Assembly (NCBI GenBank): GCA_951406725.2
Contig: OX597833.1
Location: forward strand, 59,830,001-59,894,000
Direction of reading: 5' to 3'
Source of the DNA: Octopus vulgaris
Lineage: Eukaryota
DNA: 64,000 bases
The position numbers and the translations under genes were made by a program. The notes under the pieces were generated by a model. The model ran no database searches, was not told the DNA's origin, and worked only from the letters and a program-made list of their open reading frames with translations. Numbering within the stretch: the first letter of the stretch is position 1; the number at the start of each line of letters is the position of its first letter. This document shows, piece after piece, positions 24,486 through 37,577 of this stretch.

Positions 24486-25636
24486 TCAGTTGAACTTTTG
24501 GTGGTTAGCGCAACATTGAGGGACGTAGGAGGATCTGTGTGTGCTCTCGCCGCTTACTCTACTGGTACTACGACCGACCGATGCCGTTCTCACGTACTCC
24601 TTAGTCTACAGCTGTGGCAGAGGCAACTCTCGTCTGCTCAGTGTCACTCGTACTCCTGTTGTACTCCGCTGCCGATACTCTCTTTGTTTTTCTTATGGTC
24701 AACTGCTGTGGTCGTAGTACTCTGCTGTAGTCCTGCTGCTCTCTTCCATTGTTGTATCTCTCTCACACACTCACATACACTCACACAAGCTATATATTAT
24801 ATACACTCAATACATACAACTGGCATTCTATTGTAGCATTATTTGCACACAAGATATACAGCACTCAGTCCGTTTCTGTACACACACGTACACACACTAT
24901 GTAACCCTGTATATATACATACATATATATACATATATATATACACACACACACATGCTGCATAATACTCAATACATAGGCTATAAGCTATATAACAGTG
25001 CATGCTCATAAACTCCAACCTATATGACACTACACACATTCAAACTCCAAGGCTATATAATGTTCTGTATATATAATATATATATAAAGAGTGCATTATA
25101 ACACTTTCAGTACAAACTTAATTCTCAATATGTAACCAATTAATAATAATAATAATAATAATAATGATAATAATTTAAAGGTATTGATTTTGGGATCATC
25201 TCTTACTGTTCAATTCTTTCTGAAAAATTCTGTTGTTGAAGATTTTTCAATTTTGGATTGGATATCCAGTTCACCTCCCAATTGATAAGAAGAACTCTCA
25301 GCTGTCTGTCACTTGTCACTGGAACTTTTTAGATTTTGGAATTTGGTAACCGCTCGTTACTGGAAGCCGAATATTCCTGGATTAGTTGCCATTTGTTAGG
25401 ACACTTTCGGTGATCCCTGGATTAGTTTACCAAAGTATTCGGATTACTTGCGACTGGCAGTTTTACATCATTTTACATCAGTCGTCATATTAAGCCAGTG
25501 AAAGTGGATTCTTGGATTCTTGCTGCCTTATTACCAAATGCTGTGTGTCCATGGATTAGTCACCAGTTGTTAGCAGAAGCTGTCTATTCCTGGATTTATT
25601 ACCACTTGTTACCATGGTACTGTGATAAACATGGAA
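24486..25636 (+). promoter_or_regulatory. Candidate promoter and 5' exon region
   Basis: Inr-like TCAGTT at 24486, CpG-rich unique sequence at 24500-24760, no SINEs; ends in accATG|gtactg and aacATGGAA|gtaaaa (weak donors). Confidence 0.3.
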
Positions 25637-25679
25637 GTAAAATGAATCTTTGTCTATGAGTTCCAACTATATACAGCTG

Positions 25680-25724
<45 letters not shown>

Positions 25725-26064
25725 TTCTCTGTGTTTCTTTCTCTCCCCATTTTCCTCCAGTCATCTTTCCTTCACATTTCCCTCCCAAAACTAGCCGGGA
25801 GGAAACTGAAGCCTGAAGCCGTGAGGACCCTTGTATATGATTGTGGGTGGGTATTCTTTCTTCTTGCCTTTCATTCCTGACCCCCAGAAACCAGGGTCAT
25901 CAATAAGTCTCCCCCCACCATCCATTTATCACCTTGATATCCCTTTTAATATCAGAATCCTCATCTTGGTGGCTCTGAAATATTATCCCAAGCATCTTAT
26001 TGACATCCAAGAATCCAGTCAGTGGCTGGCCAACAACAACAACAACGACAACAACAATGCTTGC

Positions 26065-26285
26065 TAATTCAGGCACAAGGCCAGCAATTTTAAAAGAAGT
26101 GGAATTAGTTGCCTACAGCAACCCCAGTACTTGACTGGTGTTTTATTTTATCGACCCCCCCCCAAGAGTCATGAAATGCAAACTTGACACTGATGTGATT
26201 TGAACTCAGAACATTAGGAATTAGTACAAATATTGTAGGGTATTTTGTCCAATTCTCTTAACCATTCTTACAATCCACTGCTCTT
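26065..26285 (-). mobile_element. Degenerate SINE family B
   Basis: ggcacaaggccagc...tttgaactcagaac. Confidence 0.65.
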
Positions 26286-26582
26286 TCATAATAATAATAA
26301 TAATAATAATAATATTAATAATAAAAAAATAACAACTGTTTTTCACTTTGACACGGAGCTATACATATTTAAAGAAGAGTATTATGATTGACTAAATGTA
26401 CCCTGGTACTTAACTTATTTCATTAATCTCTTGAAGGGTGAAAGAAGGAAAAGTAGGCCCTCTCCTCTTTGTAGGGTTGACACCTAGAATGCAAAGTGGT
26501 CAGAGCGAATACCACAAGGATTTTAGTCCCTATAATCTTTTACTTATCTGAACTGCATATACTCTGCATAGATTCCACCCCT

Positions 26583-26702
26583 ACCCCACTGGCTCTACCC
26601 TCACCCCACTGGCTCTACCCTCACCCCACTGGCTCTACCCTCACCCCACTGGCTCTACCCTCACCCCACTGGCTCTACCCTCACCCCACTGGCTCTACCC
26701 TC
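26583..26702. repeat. 20 bp minisatellite, 6 copies (accccactggctctaccctc)
   Basis: Six perfect units. Confidence 0.95.
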
Positions 26703-27112
26703 ACTCTGACTTAACCAACACTTTCTGTAAGCTATGGGTGTGAACCTACCCATAGACGCCAACAGAACCTGACAACAGCAAAAGAAGAATTTCCATGAAA
26801 GCCGCAAATGTTGTGTTTGTTGTGTTAACTTATCATTGTTGATGTGGTTGTGTTGTCGACAACAAGGGTTCTGCTGGTGGAGTGGTGCACCTCATGCTCC
26901 GACCACCACCGTTGCACTCACTGCAAATGACCAGCTGCAAGTTTCCAGGAATGTATGTACCATGAGACTTATTTTTATCGTTATTTTTTTTATATTGTTT
27001 TTGCTAATTTATCTTATTATTCTTGCCTTGTCTTTACCATTGACCAATGTCCATCACAGAATACCACTGTCCCCATCTACCCACCATTAATCACTGTTTT
27101 GCACTGTATGCA

Positions 27113-27260
27113 CAGGCGTGCTTGCTTCTCAACCACATGGTTCCAGGTTCAGTCCCACTGCATGACACCTTGGGCAAATCTCTTCTACTATAGCTTTGGG
27201 CCTAGCAAAACCTTTGGGTGGATTTGGTAGATGGAAACTGAAAGAAGCTCATCGTATATA

Positions 27261-27339
<79 letters not shown>

Positions 27340-27571
27340 AATATATGCATATATACATATATGTACATACCTACATATATATGTATATATATATATATAT
27401 ATATATGCTTATATGTGTAAGGACATCAAAAAAGCTTTGAACGAAAACATAAAAACAAAAACATAGAAAACAAACTTTTTTTGGAATAACGTAAAAAACA
27501 GAGAGATGAGACATGCAACATAAAGAATATGTGTGTGTGTATATATATATATATATATGCACACACACACG

Positions 27572-27602
<31 letters not shown>

Positions 27603-27812
27603 GTGTGTGTGTGTGTATCTTTGTATCTCAGCACCACTTGACTGGTGCCGGTGTGTTTACGTCCCCATAACTTAGTGGTTCATCAAAAGAACCAATAAAA
27701 TAAGGACCGTTCATTAAAAAAATAAGTCCTGGGATCGATGTATTTGACTGAAGTTCCAACATGGTTCTCCAGCATGGCTGTTGCCAAATGACTGAAAAAC
27801 TAAAAGATAAAA
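27113..27812 (+). mobile_element. SINE family A interrupted in its microsatellite by an A-rich insert
   Basis: Head 27113-27255, tail 27600-27812, foreign sequence 27410-27530. Confidence 0.75.
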
Positions 27813-27951
27813 GATATCCACTTCTATCATCCAATGTCCATTACTGCCCACCACCGCCCATCACTGTCCACATGGCCTCCCCTGTGCCCACCTGTGTTCT
27901 TCATTGTCATCCACTGTCCACCAAGATCCACCCCTATCTTCATTCTTTTAC

Positions 27952-28262
27952 CATTCTACAGGATATCCCTATTACTTTCTTAACATTCTACAGGATACCC
28001 CTATTACTTTCTAAGCATTCTACAGGTTACCCCTATTACTTTCTTAGCATTCTACAGGATACCCCAATTACTTTCTTAGCATTCTACAGGATACCCCTAT
28101 TACTTTATTAGCATTCTACAGGTTACCCCTATTACTTTCTTAGCATTCTACAGGTTACCCCGATTACTTTCTTAGCATTCTACAGGTTACCCCTATTACT
28201 TTCTTAGCATTCTACAGGATACCCCTATTACTTTCTTACCATATCACAGGATATGCCTATTA
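27952..28262. repeat. 32 bp minisatellite, ~10 copies (cattctacaggWtacccctattactttcttag)
   Basis: Direct tandem units. Confidence 0.95.
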
Positions 28263-28512
28263 CTCGTTCCTTTCTACAGGGTACCTCAATAATTTTGTCT
28301 TCTGTGTGTGTGTGTGTGTGTGTGTGAGACTATATATTGATGTGATTGCATGCTATTGTGTCTGCCTATGCTGATGTGCACATATATTTTGTGTGGGTGT
28401 ATATATTAGGTGCTTATGTTTAAATACATGCGTATGCATATGTGGCTGTGTCTATATATGTAGATGAGTGTCTATACATGTAGGTGTGTGTGTGTCTGTA
28501 TACATTGGTGAA

Positions 28513-28556
<44 letters not shown>

Positions 28557-28560
<4 letters not shown>

Positions 28561-28683
28561 CTGTAGAAACACTGCCAGATCAGACTGGAGCCTGGTGCAG
28601 CCTCCTGGCTTCCCAGACTCCAGTGGAACCGCCTAACCCGTGCTAGCACAGAAAACTGACGTTAAACAATGATGATAATGATA
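28557..28683 (+). mobile_element. RTE-tail fragment
   Basis: cagctgtagaaacactgccagatcagactgg...gttaaacaatgatga. Confidence 0.75.
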
Positions 28684-29505
28684 TATATATATATATATGT
28701 GTGTGGGAGTGTATGCATATGTGTGGGTGGCGAAAATGTATTTGTTCTTGTGTACAATTATCTGCCTGTCTATTTATGTTGGTATGTCTGTATATGCATT
28801 AATGTGCATATACATGCATAAGTTGTGTATATATATTGACTGTATGTATATGCATGAACGTGCATTCAGCTGAATATTCATGTATGTATGTACACAGTGG
28901 CCTATAAGTAGTGCTGTGTGTATAAGCAATGCAGGCATTGGTGGTACTGAAGCTCCAAAACCGAGTAACATCTTCTGGTGTGTTCTTGTGCTGCTCTCCC
29001 CTTACACACCTCCTTGCTGTCAAAAAACGGAATCAATATTCTATAAACACGGATCAAACGTGAACATTTCTGAGCGTGAAGTGGAAGACATTGATTTCCT
29101 GCCGCTGTTAGTCTCACATTGGTAGATTTAGGGCAGTTGGTGCAATACTAACCTACTCGCTTTCTCTTTCTCTCGTCTTTGCCAAATAATGAACACTTGC
29201 TGTTGAGTAAAAAAAAAAAAGAAAAGATCTATTAGCATTATTAATACCATTATTAATATTATTAATAATAATAATCTTACCAAGTATTGTAGAGGTGGCA
29301 AACAAAGCAGACCCTCATGTAATATTTAGTTTTGAGTCCAAGCCGTCTTAAGTAATTACATTTATCTGTCATTCCTCCAGAGCTGCACTAAGGTACCAGC
29401 TATATTCTAGGGTTCAGCCAAACCTACTTTCATGGGTTTGTGCTGATATGAGAAATTGTTGCTGTTGTTATCATTAGTGATAAGGCATGCTGGCAGAATC
29501 GTGAG

Positions 29506-29869
29506 GAATATTTTTTTTTGTGCAGAATCACCTCCCTCCAACAAGTCACCCTAACGAGACGTCTGCGTTGGCTGGGTCATGCCCTCCGTCGTCAACCAGG
29601 AGAATTCATCTACGAAGCAATTGCCCCAGCTCCCCTTCAGGGTTGGCGAAAGTGATGTGGTGGACAACGAAAAACCTGGCTGATGACAGTCAAGGCTGAT
29701 CTGGAACCCAACCTAGGCCCCCATTTCTACTGCGTTCGCCACTGGAATAAGGAGTAGTTAGAGATCATGCGGTCGTTAGCCTCAAATTGCCAAGTCTGGT
29801 CGGCGTTTGTGAGAGATGCAGCATTGAGGAGGAATGAAGCCAGCTCAACCCACCCCGGGTGAATGCTGC
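29506..29869 (+). mobile_element. 5'-truncated RTE-clade LINE (ORF C-terminus with stops), 18 bp TSD
   Basis: TRRLRWLGHALRR...WRK*CGGQRKTW; tgctggcagaatcgtgag at 29488-29505 and 29870-29887. Confidence 0.85.
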
Positions 29870-30435
29870 TGCTGGCAGAATCGTGAGCACACCAGGCAAA
29901 ATGCTTGGTGACATTTTGTCTGTCATTACGTCCCGAGTTCAAATTCTGTCAAGGTCAGCATTGTCATCCTTTTGGTGTAGATAAAATAACAGTTGAGCAC
30001 TGGGGATCAGTATAATTAATTTACTCCTTCCCTGAAATTGCTGGCCTTGTGCCAAAATTAGAAACCATTATTATTGTTATTGTTTTTGTTGTAGTTAAGG
30101 CGGTGAGCTGGCGGCAGAATCGTTAGCATGCCAGACAAAATGCTTAGTGGTATTTCATCCATCACCATGCTCTGTGATAAAATTCCTCTAGGGTCAACTT
30201 TGCTTTTAAGGGGTTGTAAAAACACCCAGTACACTCTGTAAAGTGGTTGGTGTTAGGAAAGGCATACAGCCATAGAAACTATACCAAAGCAGACATGAAC
30301 AGCCCTTCAGCTAGTCAGCTCCCGTCCAACCCATTCCAGCATGGCAACACAGATGTTAAATGATGATGATTATATATAATGATGATGATGCTAGCATGAA
30401 AAACGGCCGCTAAACGATGATGATGATGATGATGA
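29870..30435 (+). mobile_element. Cluster of family B SINE pieces and RTE tails
   Basis: Family B at 29870-30068 and 30097-30210; RTE tails at 30215-30435. Confidence 0.7.
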
Positions 30436-30667
30436 TGATATATATATATAAAATATTACAAAAAAAACCACCTTTTATCAATTCAAAATGAATAATTAAA
30501 TTACACCATCTAGAAAATTACATATAATAAAAAAGTTAAAATTAAAATAACAATTAAAAAGTAAGATTAAGTAAATTACAAAAATAATATAATGTATATA
30601 ATAGGTAGTATTTCAATTTGAATTCTTTTTCCTTATATGTATATATATATATATATATTTTCAAAAT

Positions 30668-30868
30668 ATGACCGCGTGTGTACTGTTGGCAATTTTTTTT
30701 CCTCTGTCTTCCCTTCTCTGGATCTTTCCATCTCCTATGTTTCCGACAAAGAGCTCCGCTCGAAACGTTGAACCCTCCTTCTTCCCTTCTTTCCTGAGCG
30801 TCCAATAATACTATATTTGTTCCACGTCCTCGCGTTGTTGTGTTTTTTTGTGCTTTCTTGTTTGGATC

Positions 30869-30872
<4 letters not shown>
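30668..30872 (+). mobile_element. Penelope-like short repeat P3 with degenerate hammerhead fold
   Basis: gttt-CCGACAA-a-gagc-tcc-gctc-GAAAC-GTT-gaac at 30739-30773; same layout as P1/P2; lies between (TA)n tracts. Confidence 0.6.
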
Positions 30873-30911
<39 letters not shown>

Positions 30912-31186
30912 ACGTATCATGGTATTGACCAGACCATCGGATATTGCTATAAGTCACTGGTTACAATGCACTTTGCATTGTTTTAGCTTTCAAATGACGC
31001 CACCCTCATGGCTGGGTAAGCAGACCAACATATAGATAAGTCTACATGCATGCATGCACACACCTACAAACACACACACAATAGGTTTTTGACTACTAAA
31101 TTTCACTCATAAATCATGGGCCCATCCTAGGTTATTAAGGTGCCATGCACTGGGATTGAACCCCCAGTAAAATCAGTACCAGTTAA

Positions 31187-31407
31187 CCCTTTAGTGTTTG
31201 CATTATTCTGCCAAAATTAATCCTTTTTTATCCACATTGTTTTGAACTAATCATGCATTATCTTGGAGCTATGAGATTTTGATGAGGTAGCTGTTAATTT
31301 TTAAAACGACATTGTAGGGCTGGTGTAAGAGACCAGATCTGGCTAGTTTGAACATAAAACAGGCAGAATACTTTTGGCCGGATATGGCCGGTTTAAATGC
31401 TAAAGGG
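31187..31407. mobile_element. piggyBac-type MITE, inverted relative to 20583
   Basis: TTAA|ccctttag...ctaaaggg|TTAA. Confidence 0.85.
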
Positions 31408-31939
31408 TTAAAATGGTGGTCGAGTCAGTTCAGAACCTCTCTCCCATCCTCCTTCCCCCTTCACTTAATTAATGAAAATATTGTTACTATTTGCTGTAAT
31501 AAACCAAGTTGATAAACGACATTGACTTTTCTCTGACTCAGCTGTTTCATTCAAATCCATGTTGGAATGAACTTAACATTTAAAGAATCCCGGATGTCCC
31601 ATGTCTGCTGCCCTTCCCCCCTGCACTTCTTTAAATCTCAGGAATCATAGTATTGATGGTTTCTTTATTGACTTCACCGATATTTCCACTTGGCACATTG
31701 CCTTCAGTAAAACTGGCAATTTGCCAGCCAAAGACTCATTCAACATTGTGCAACGCATACATGTTCAGGACCGGCAGCTCATTGTGGCTTTAAAGTGCTG
31801 GCTTAAGGGTCAACAATCTTTATTTATTGGGATGCAGTGCTGTTGGCATTGTACAGAATGTAGCTTTTCATTGGTCAACTCCACACATGCATAGAAAAAA
31901 GTACCATGTTTTGGACAAATTGTTTTTCCACACAGATTC

Positions 31940-32503
31940 TCCGTGCCGGTGGCACATAAAAAGCATCAACCGTTCGTGGCAGTTGCCAGCCTAGTCTGGC
32001 ACGTAAAAAGCACCCACTACACTCATGGAGTGGTTGGCGTTAGAAAGGGCATCCAGCTGTAGAAACACTGCTAGATCAGACTGGAGCCTGGTGCAGCCTT
32101 CTGGCTTCCCAGATCCCCAGTCGAACTGTCCAACCCATGCTAGCATGAAAAAGTGGTCATTAAAATGATTTTATACATACATACATATATACGTATATGT
32201 GGCACGTAAAAAGCACCGAACGTGGCCGATGCCAGCTCTGCCTTGACCGGCTTCTGTGCCGGTGGCACATAGAAAGCACCAACCGATCGCGGCCGTTACC
32301 AGCCTCCCCTGGCACCTGTGCCGGTGGCACGTAGAAAGCACCCACTACACTCACGGAGTGGTTGGCATTAGGAAGGGCATTCAGCTGTAGAAACACTGCC
32401 TGATCAGACTGGAGCCTGGTGCAGCCTCCTGGCTTCCCAGACCCCGGTCGAACCGTCCAACCCATGCTAGCATGGAAAACGGACGTTAAACGATGATGAT
32501 GAT
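31940..32503 (+). mobile_element. Two tandem RTE-tail retroposons
   Basis: 31940-32170 and 32200-32503. Confidence 0.8.
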
Positions 32504-32639
32504 GGTCGACTGCTCAACAGTGAAGTTGGGGATAGTTCAGTGATGTGAAGCAGAGTTTTTACGACTTATTCATGATTGAACTTATGACCAATAGGATCGG
32601 CAGCCCAATACCCTAACCGCATAGCTACTCTGCCTTAAT

Positions 32640-33085
32640 ATTGGTGCCAAATTTTGGCATAAGGCCTACAATTTTGGGGAAAGGGGAAAGTCGATTACAT
32701 CAACCCCAGTGCTCATCTAGTGCTTATTTTATTGACCTTGAAAGGATAAAAGGCAAAGTTGACCTTGGCAGGATTTGAACTCAGAATGTAAGGACAAGCA
32801 AAATACTGCTGAGCATTTTGCCTGGCATGCTAATGATTCTACCAGCTTGCCACCTCAATCTTTAATATTGGTTTCAAATTTTGGCACGAGGCCAGCAATC
32901 TTAGGGGAGGAGTTAAATTGATAGCATCAACTCCTGTGCTTGGCTGGTACTTTACTTCACTGACCTCAGAAGGATGACAGGCAAAGTCGACCTTGGTGGA
33001 ATTTGAACTCAGAACATGATGATGGATGAAATGCTGCTAAGCTTTCTGCCCAGTGTGTTACTGATTCTGCCAGTTTACTGCCTTG
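32640..33085 (-). mobile_element. Two tandem family B SINEs
   Basis: 32640-32856 and 32865-33085. Confidence 0.75.
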
Positions 33086-33322
33086 TAATTTAATATTGAG
33101 AGGAGATGGTCAGGTAAAGAGAGGATCTAACAAAATATTGATCTGGTCACAATGAACTTTGCATTGTTTTAGCTTTCAAATGATGCCGCCCTGCTGGCTA
33201 GGTGAACAGGCCAAATGTACACACACACACACACACACACACGTAAAAGTAAACATGCATACATACATTTAGTGATATATATATTTTTGCCTTTCAGTTG
33301 AAAAATTGGTAACAAGCCACCC

Positions 33323-33369
<47 letters not shown>

Positions 33370-33374
33370 TAGAT

Positions 33375-33790
33375 ACTTTTTTTCGTTCGGCGTCAACAGC
33401 CCTTCTTATCTTGTTTTTCCTTGTCCTGTCTTTTACTGTTTATAATTTGTACTGTCGTTACTGTCCTGTTTTTGTTACCTTTTTTTACCCCTCTGCGAAA
33501 AGATCTCAGAATTTTAATTGATTTGCTTTTCGCAGGAAGGAAAGTTTCTTGTCGAAGATACGTCTCGCTTTCACCTTCGAAATGTAGAGTAGATGAAACC
33601 ATAGCGACTGAAGAAAGGGTTTTTTTGTTTGTGTTAATTGTCCTGTACTCTATTTTTGTTGTTGTTTAAAAAAATGTCCAGTTCCTTTGGTTTGTGTCTA
33701 TGTGTTCGTTTCTCATTGTGTTCGACGTCTTTTTGGTGTCCTGTACCCCATATATGCGTGTATATGTACATGTAGAGGTAGGTACGTACA
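33375..33790 (+). mobile_element. T-rich Penelope-like repeat P4 between (TA)n tracts
   Basis: Strand-skewed T-rich sequence like P1-P3; internal inverted repeat ctgcgaaaag/cttttcgcag. Confidence 0.4.
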
Positions 33791-34590
33791 TATATCATCA
33801 TCATCATATATATGCATATGTTTTATTTATTAATATATTATATATATATATACACACATACATACATACATACATACATGCGCAGACACACACACACGCA
33901 CACACACAATTGGGTTTCTGCTTACAAATTACACTCATAAAACATAGGTCAATCCTAGGTTACTATCATATCATGTACTGAGATTGAACCAGCAGTGAAA
34001 TCAGTACCAGTAAGAGGGTAGTCAAAGTCAGTTCAGAAACCTTTTCTTCGTTGGAACTTGAAGGTCCACTTCAAGTTATCCGGTGTTAGTAAATATCCAT
34101 AATGCAGAGGTAAATTCTTTACAGGGTCCTCCACATGGATAAAAGTATATCCCAAGTGTGCATGTAATTACTTAATGAGATGTATATATAATTAGATTGA
34201 TGACTGATTAATCTCATTTCTGATATTGTGATCTCATCTTTAATACCATCATTGCTGTCATCGTTTTAACATTCACCTTTCCATGCTAGTATGGGTTGGG
34301 CATGTTAGCTTTCCTTTACAGGACAACACATATGCAAAAAAATGGATTTTCAATGTTTACTGGAATGGTATCACTATCAGAAAGGCGGTGAGCTGGCAGA
34401 AACATTAGCACGCTGGGCAAAATGTGTAGCCATATTTCGTCTGCCAGATCAGTGGCACACAGACCGATAGCTCTGAGTCGAGTTGTAATGAATCCCGGGA
34501 CACAGAGATCAGTAGCATGAATAGAACATACACAAATATAAAAGAATGGTGCAGTGAAGATGATGTTCCTGGTAAATTGGAGAGATAAAT

Positions 34591-34760
34591 AGGCGCAGGA
34601 GTGGCTGTGTGGTAAGTAGCTTGCTAACCAACCACATGGTTCCGGGTTCAGTCCCACTGCGTGGCATCTTGGGCAAGTGTCTTCTGCTATTGCCCCGGGC
34701 TGACCAATGCCTTGTGAGTGGATTTGGTAGACGGAAACTGAAAGAAGCCTGTCGTATATA

Positions 34761-34813
<53 letters not shown>

Positions 34814-35000
34814 TTGTGTGTCTGTGTTTTCCCCCCTACCGATGCTGGTGTGTTTACGTCCCCGTCAACTAGCGGGACTGCAGAAGAGACCGATAGAATA
34901 AGTACTGGGCTTACAAAGAATAAGTCCCGAAAGGCGGTGCTCGAGCATGGCCGCAGTCAAATGACTGAAACAAGTAAACGAGTAAAAAGAGTAAAAGAGA
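34591..35000 (+). mobile_element. SINE family A
   Basis: Full head and tail. Confidence 0.88.
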
Positions 35001-35449
35001 GATTGGCCATAAATTTAATTAAAACAAAACTATTAATTTCATAATTAGAAGTCATAAATACAAGTATGACTTCTGAAATAAAATTAGATTTTTTGTGAAT
35101 TTTTGTCTCATGCCGGTTCTGTGTGTGTGTGATTTTTCTTTTGTAGTTTGGCCTGATTAGTTCCAGGTGCTGAATAACAATAAAAACTAAGCTCACTGTT
35201 GAGAATAATTCTTAATTTACTGAGAGATTGAGTTAATGAGTGAATACTAATGAGACAATATTTTTTTGCTGTCCTGTTTGACAATATGTCACATTTAATA
35301 TACAACACATAATTTAGTCTATTGATTGCTGTCTGTTTTGGTGGTGGAAACTTTTTAAATTCCAAGCATATTTTATCTCAGGGAAGATAATCATTTTTGT
35401 TTTAGTACAATAGATTAATACTTTTGTAAATGTTGACTAGTTAAGTACA

Positions 35450-36290
35450 AATAGGTTTGGTGTGTTGATGTTGATTGGATAGTTGTATAGACACTGCATG
35501 GATGTTAATTGAGATAGCTATATAGACGCTGCATGGATGTTGACTGGATAGATATATAGACAGTGTGTAGACAGATTAAATATATATATATAAATCGAAA
35601 TTGATCAAAAATCAATGGAAATCGTAGTTGTGATACCAATGGCATGTAAAGGAACCATCCGAATGTGGCCGTTGCCAGCGCCGCCTCGACTGGCGTCCGT
35701 GCTGGTGACACGTAAAAAGCACCGTCCGATCGTGGCTGTTGCCAGCCTCGCCTGGCACCTGTGCCAGTGGCACGTCAAAAGCACCCACTACACTCATGGA
35801 GTGGTTGACGTTAGGAAGGGCATCCAGCTGTAGAAACACTGCCAGATCAGCTTGGAGCCTGGTGCAGCTTCCTGGCTTCCCAGACCCCGGTCGAACCGTC
35901 CAACCCATGTTAGCATGGAAAGTGGATGTTAAACGATGATGATGATGATAATGATAGAAACAATATGTAAATGCTGAAAAAATATATATATAGACGCAGT
36001 GTGTAGATTCTAAAAGAATATATATTTATATATAGATGCAATGAGTAGATGTTGGGAGACTAGATCTATAGGCACAGTGTGACACAGTGTGTAGACGTTT
36101 ACTGGATAGCTAGACAGAGTGAATAAGTAATGTCTGGTTAGGTATACAGGCATTGTGCAGAGGTTAGGCGGTTAGATTTATAGACGTTGTGTGGATGTTG
36201 ATTGGGTAGATGTATAAACACAGCAGTGTGTAGATGTTAACTGGATAGGTAGAAATGGTTTGTAGAAATAGACTGGATAGGTAGCTTTAT
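35450..36290. repeat. Degenerate ~35 bp tandem array interrupted by an RTE-tail element (35638-35950)
   Basis: gatgttgactggatag..tatagac units on both sides of the insertion. Confidence 0.7.
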
Positions 36291-37577
36291 GAGAACAGTT
36301 TGGCTATCCGACAACTACTTCCAGATCTATTAATAGGAAGGTTACTATACCAGAGAGTATATTGCCGATAAAATTTCATGGTGAAAAAGCAAAACAAAAC
36401 AACCTAAAAATAAAACAGTGACTAAAAGCAGTGAATTTTGAAACTGATTTAATGAGTGAAATAGCAAAGGTTTAGAAAGAAGTAGATCAGTATGGCATTG
36501 TTAAATACACACATTTACAACAGAATATGAATTTGTGTATATGTTAAAGAAGTGTGGCAGCAGGATTAAGGTGCCAGTTTCAATGTTCTAGAGCTTAAGT
36601 TTGACACAAATACATGACTGAAATTTTAGGGTATTTTTATAATATCCAGAGTCAAGTTAGATTTGGGAACAAACATTCAGTACAGGGATTTCAAACTGGG
36701 GCCCAGTGGACAGACTTTTATACCAACTGACAGACACATACAGACACACATTTGTGCATGCTATTGTATTTTATAAGATCGTCATCAGTCCTGTCTTTCC
36801 CTTATTCTTAAACGTAATATCAGCATTAAAAACCTTAGTACTATAATTTTAATCAATTGCCAAAACTAAAATGGAATCAAGTGATTTATTTGGAGTGAAC
36901 AAGGGAGGGAGTTGGTGCTGCGAGTTCAGAAGAAGGGGAGGTAATCCATGCAAAGGGAAGTAATCAACGTTATCTTTAAAACATTTGTTTAGTGTTGAGG
37001 AGAGAGAAATTATGAATGTATGACATTCATGGCTTTCTCTGGAGCTTTAGTTGTGTTTGAATAAATTGGCTTTAACTAGTTATTGATATTAGATCACAGC
37101 TCTTTTTTTTCTTGGCTGATAATTCTTTCATTAAGTAGATTTCATTGGTTGATTCAAAACTAAAGTATATTATAATAATAATAATAATTGTGTACAGTGC
37201 TCAGGTGCACTACAACTCATATTACTGGCATATATCAGCTCAAAAGATATTTAAGGTAACCCTAGAAGAGAAAATTACATGAATTAATGTTATAATATAT
37301 GCAGTCATGTTTGTTACCATATCGCCTTAATAATAATAGTAATTATAGTAATAATAATAATTATGGTAATAATGATTTATTGTGATGATAATTTTTTATA
37401 TAAATGTCAACGTCTTAAATAAACTTGAATCCTGGGAAGCTTAAAGAGAGGAACGTTGGTAGCTGTGACTTTCATATATTGCCAATAGGCATTAAATGAC
37501 ATCATGGTAAACTTAGACAATAGATAATTTCCATGTGGAATGTTAGTGACCCTGGATGGCAGTTGGGTACTACTTAA

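Noticed and set aside
27952-28262. CRISPR-like periodicity of 32 bp units (also 56820-57180)
   Set aside because: Units are contiguous with no unique spacers, there are no cas genes, and the context is eukaryotic
28880-29125. Unique sequence with an 81 aa ORF (also 31601-31894 and 60518-60709)
   Set aside because: No recognisable domain and no convincing pair of splice sites
33546-33589. Possible hammerhead (ttgtcga...gaaatgta-gag)
   Set aside because: Core has several deviations and no convincing stem II; needs a family consensus
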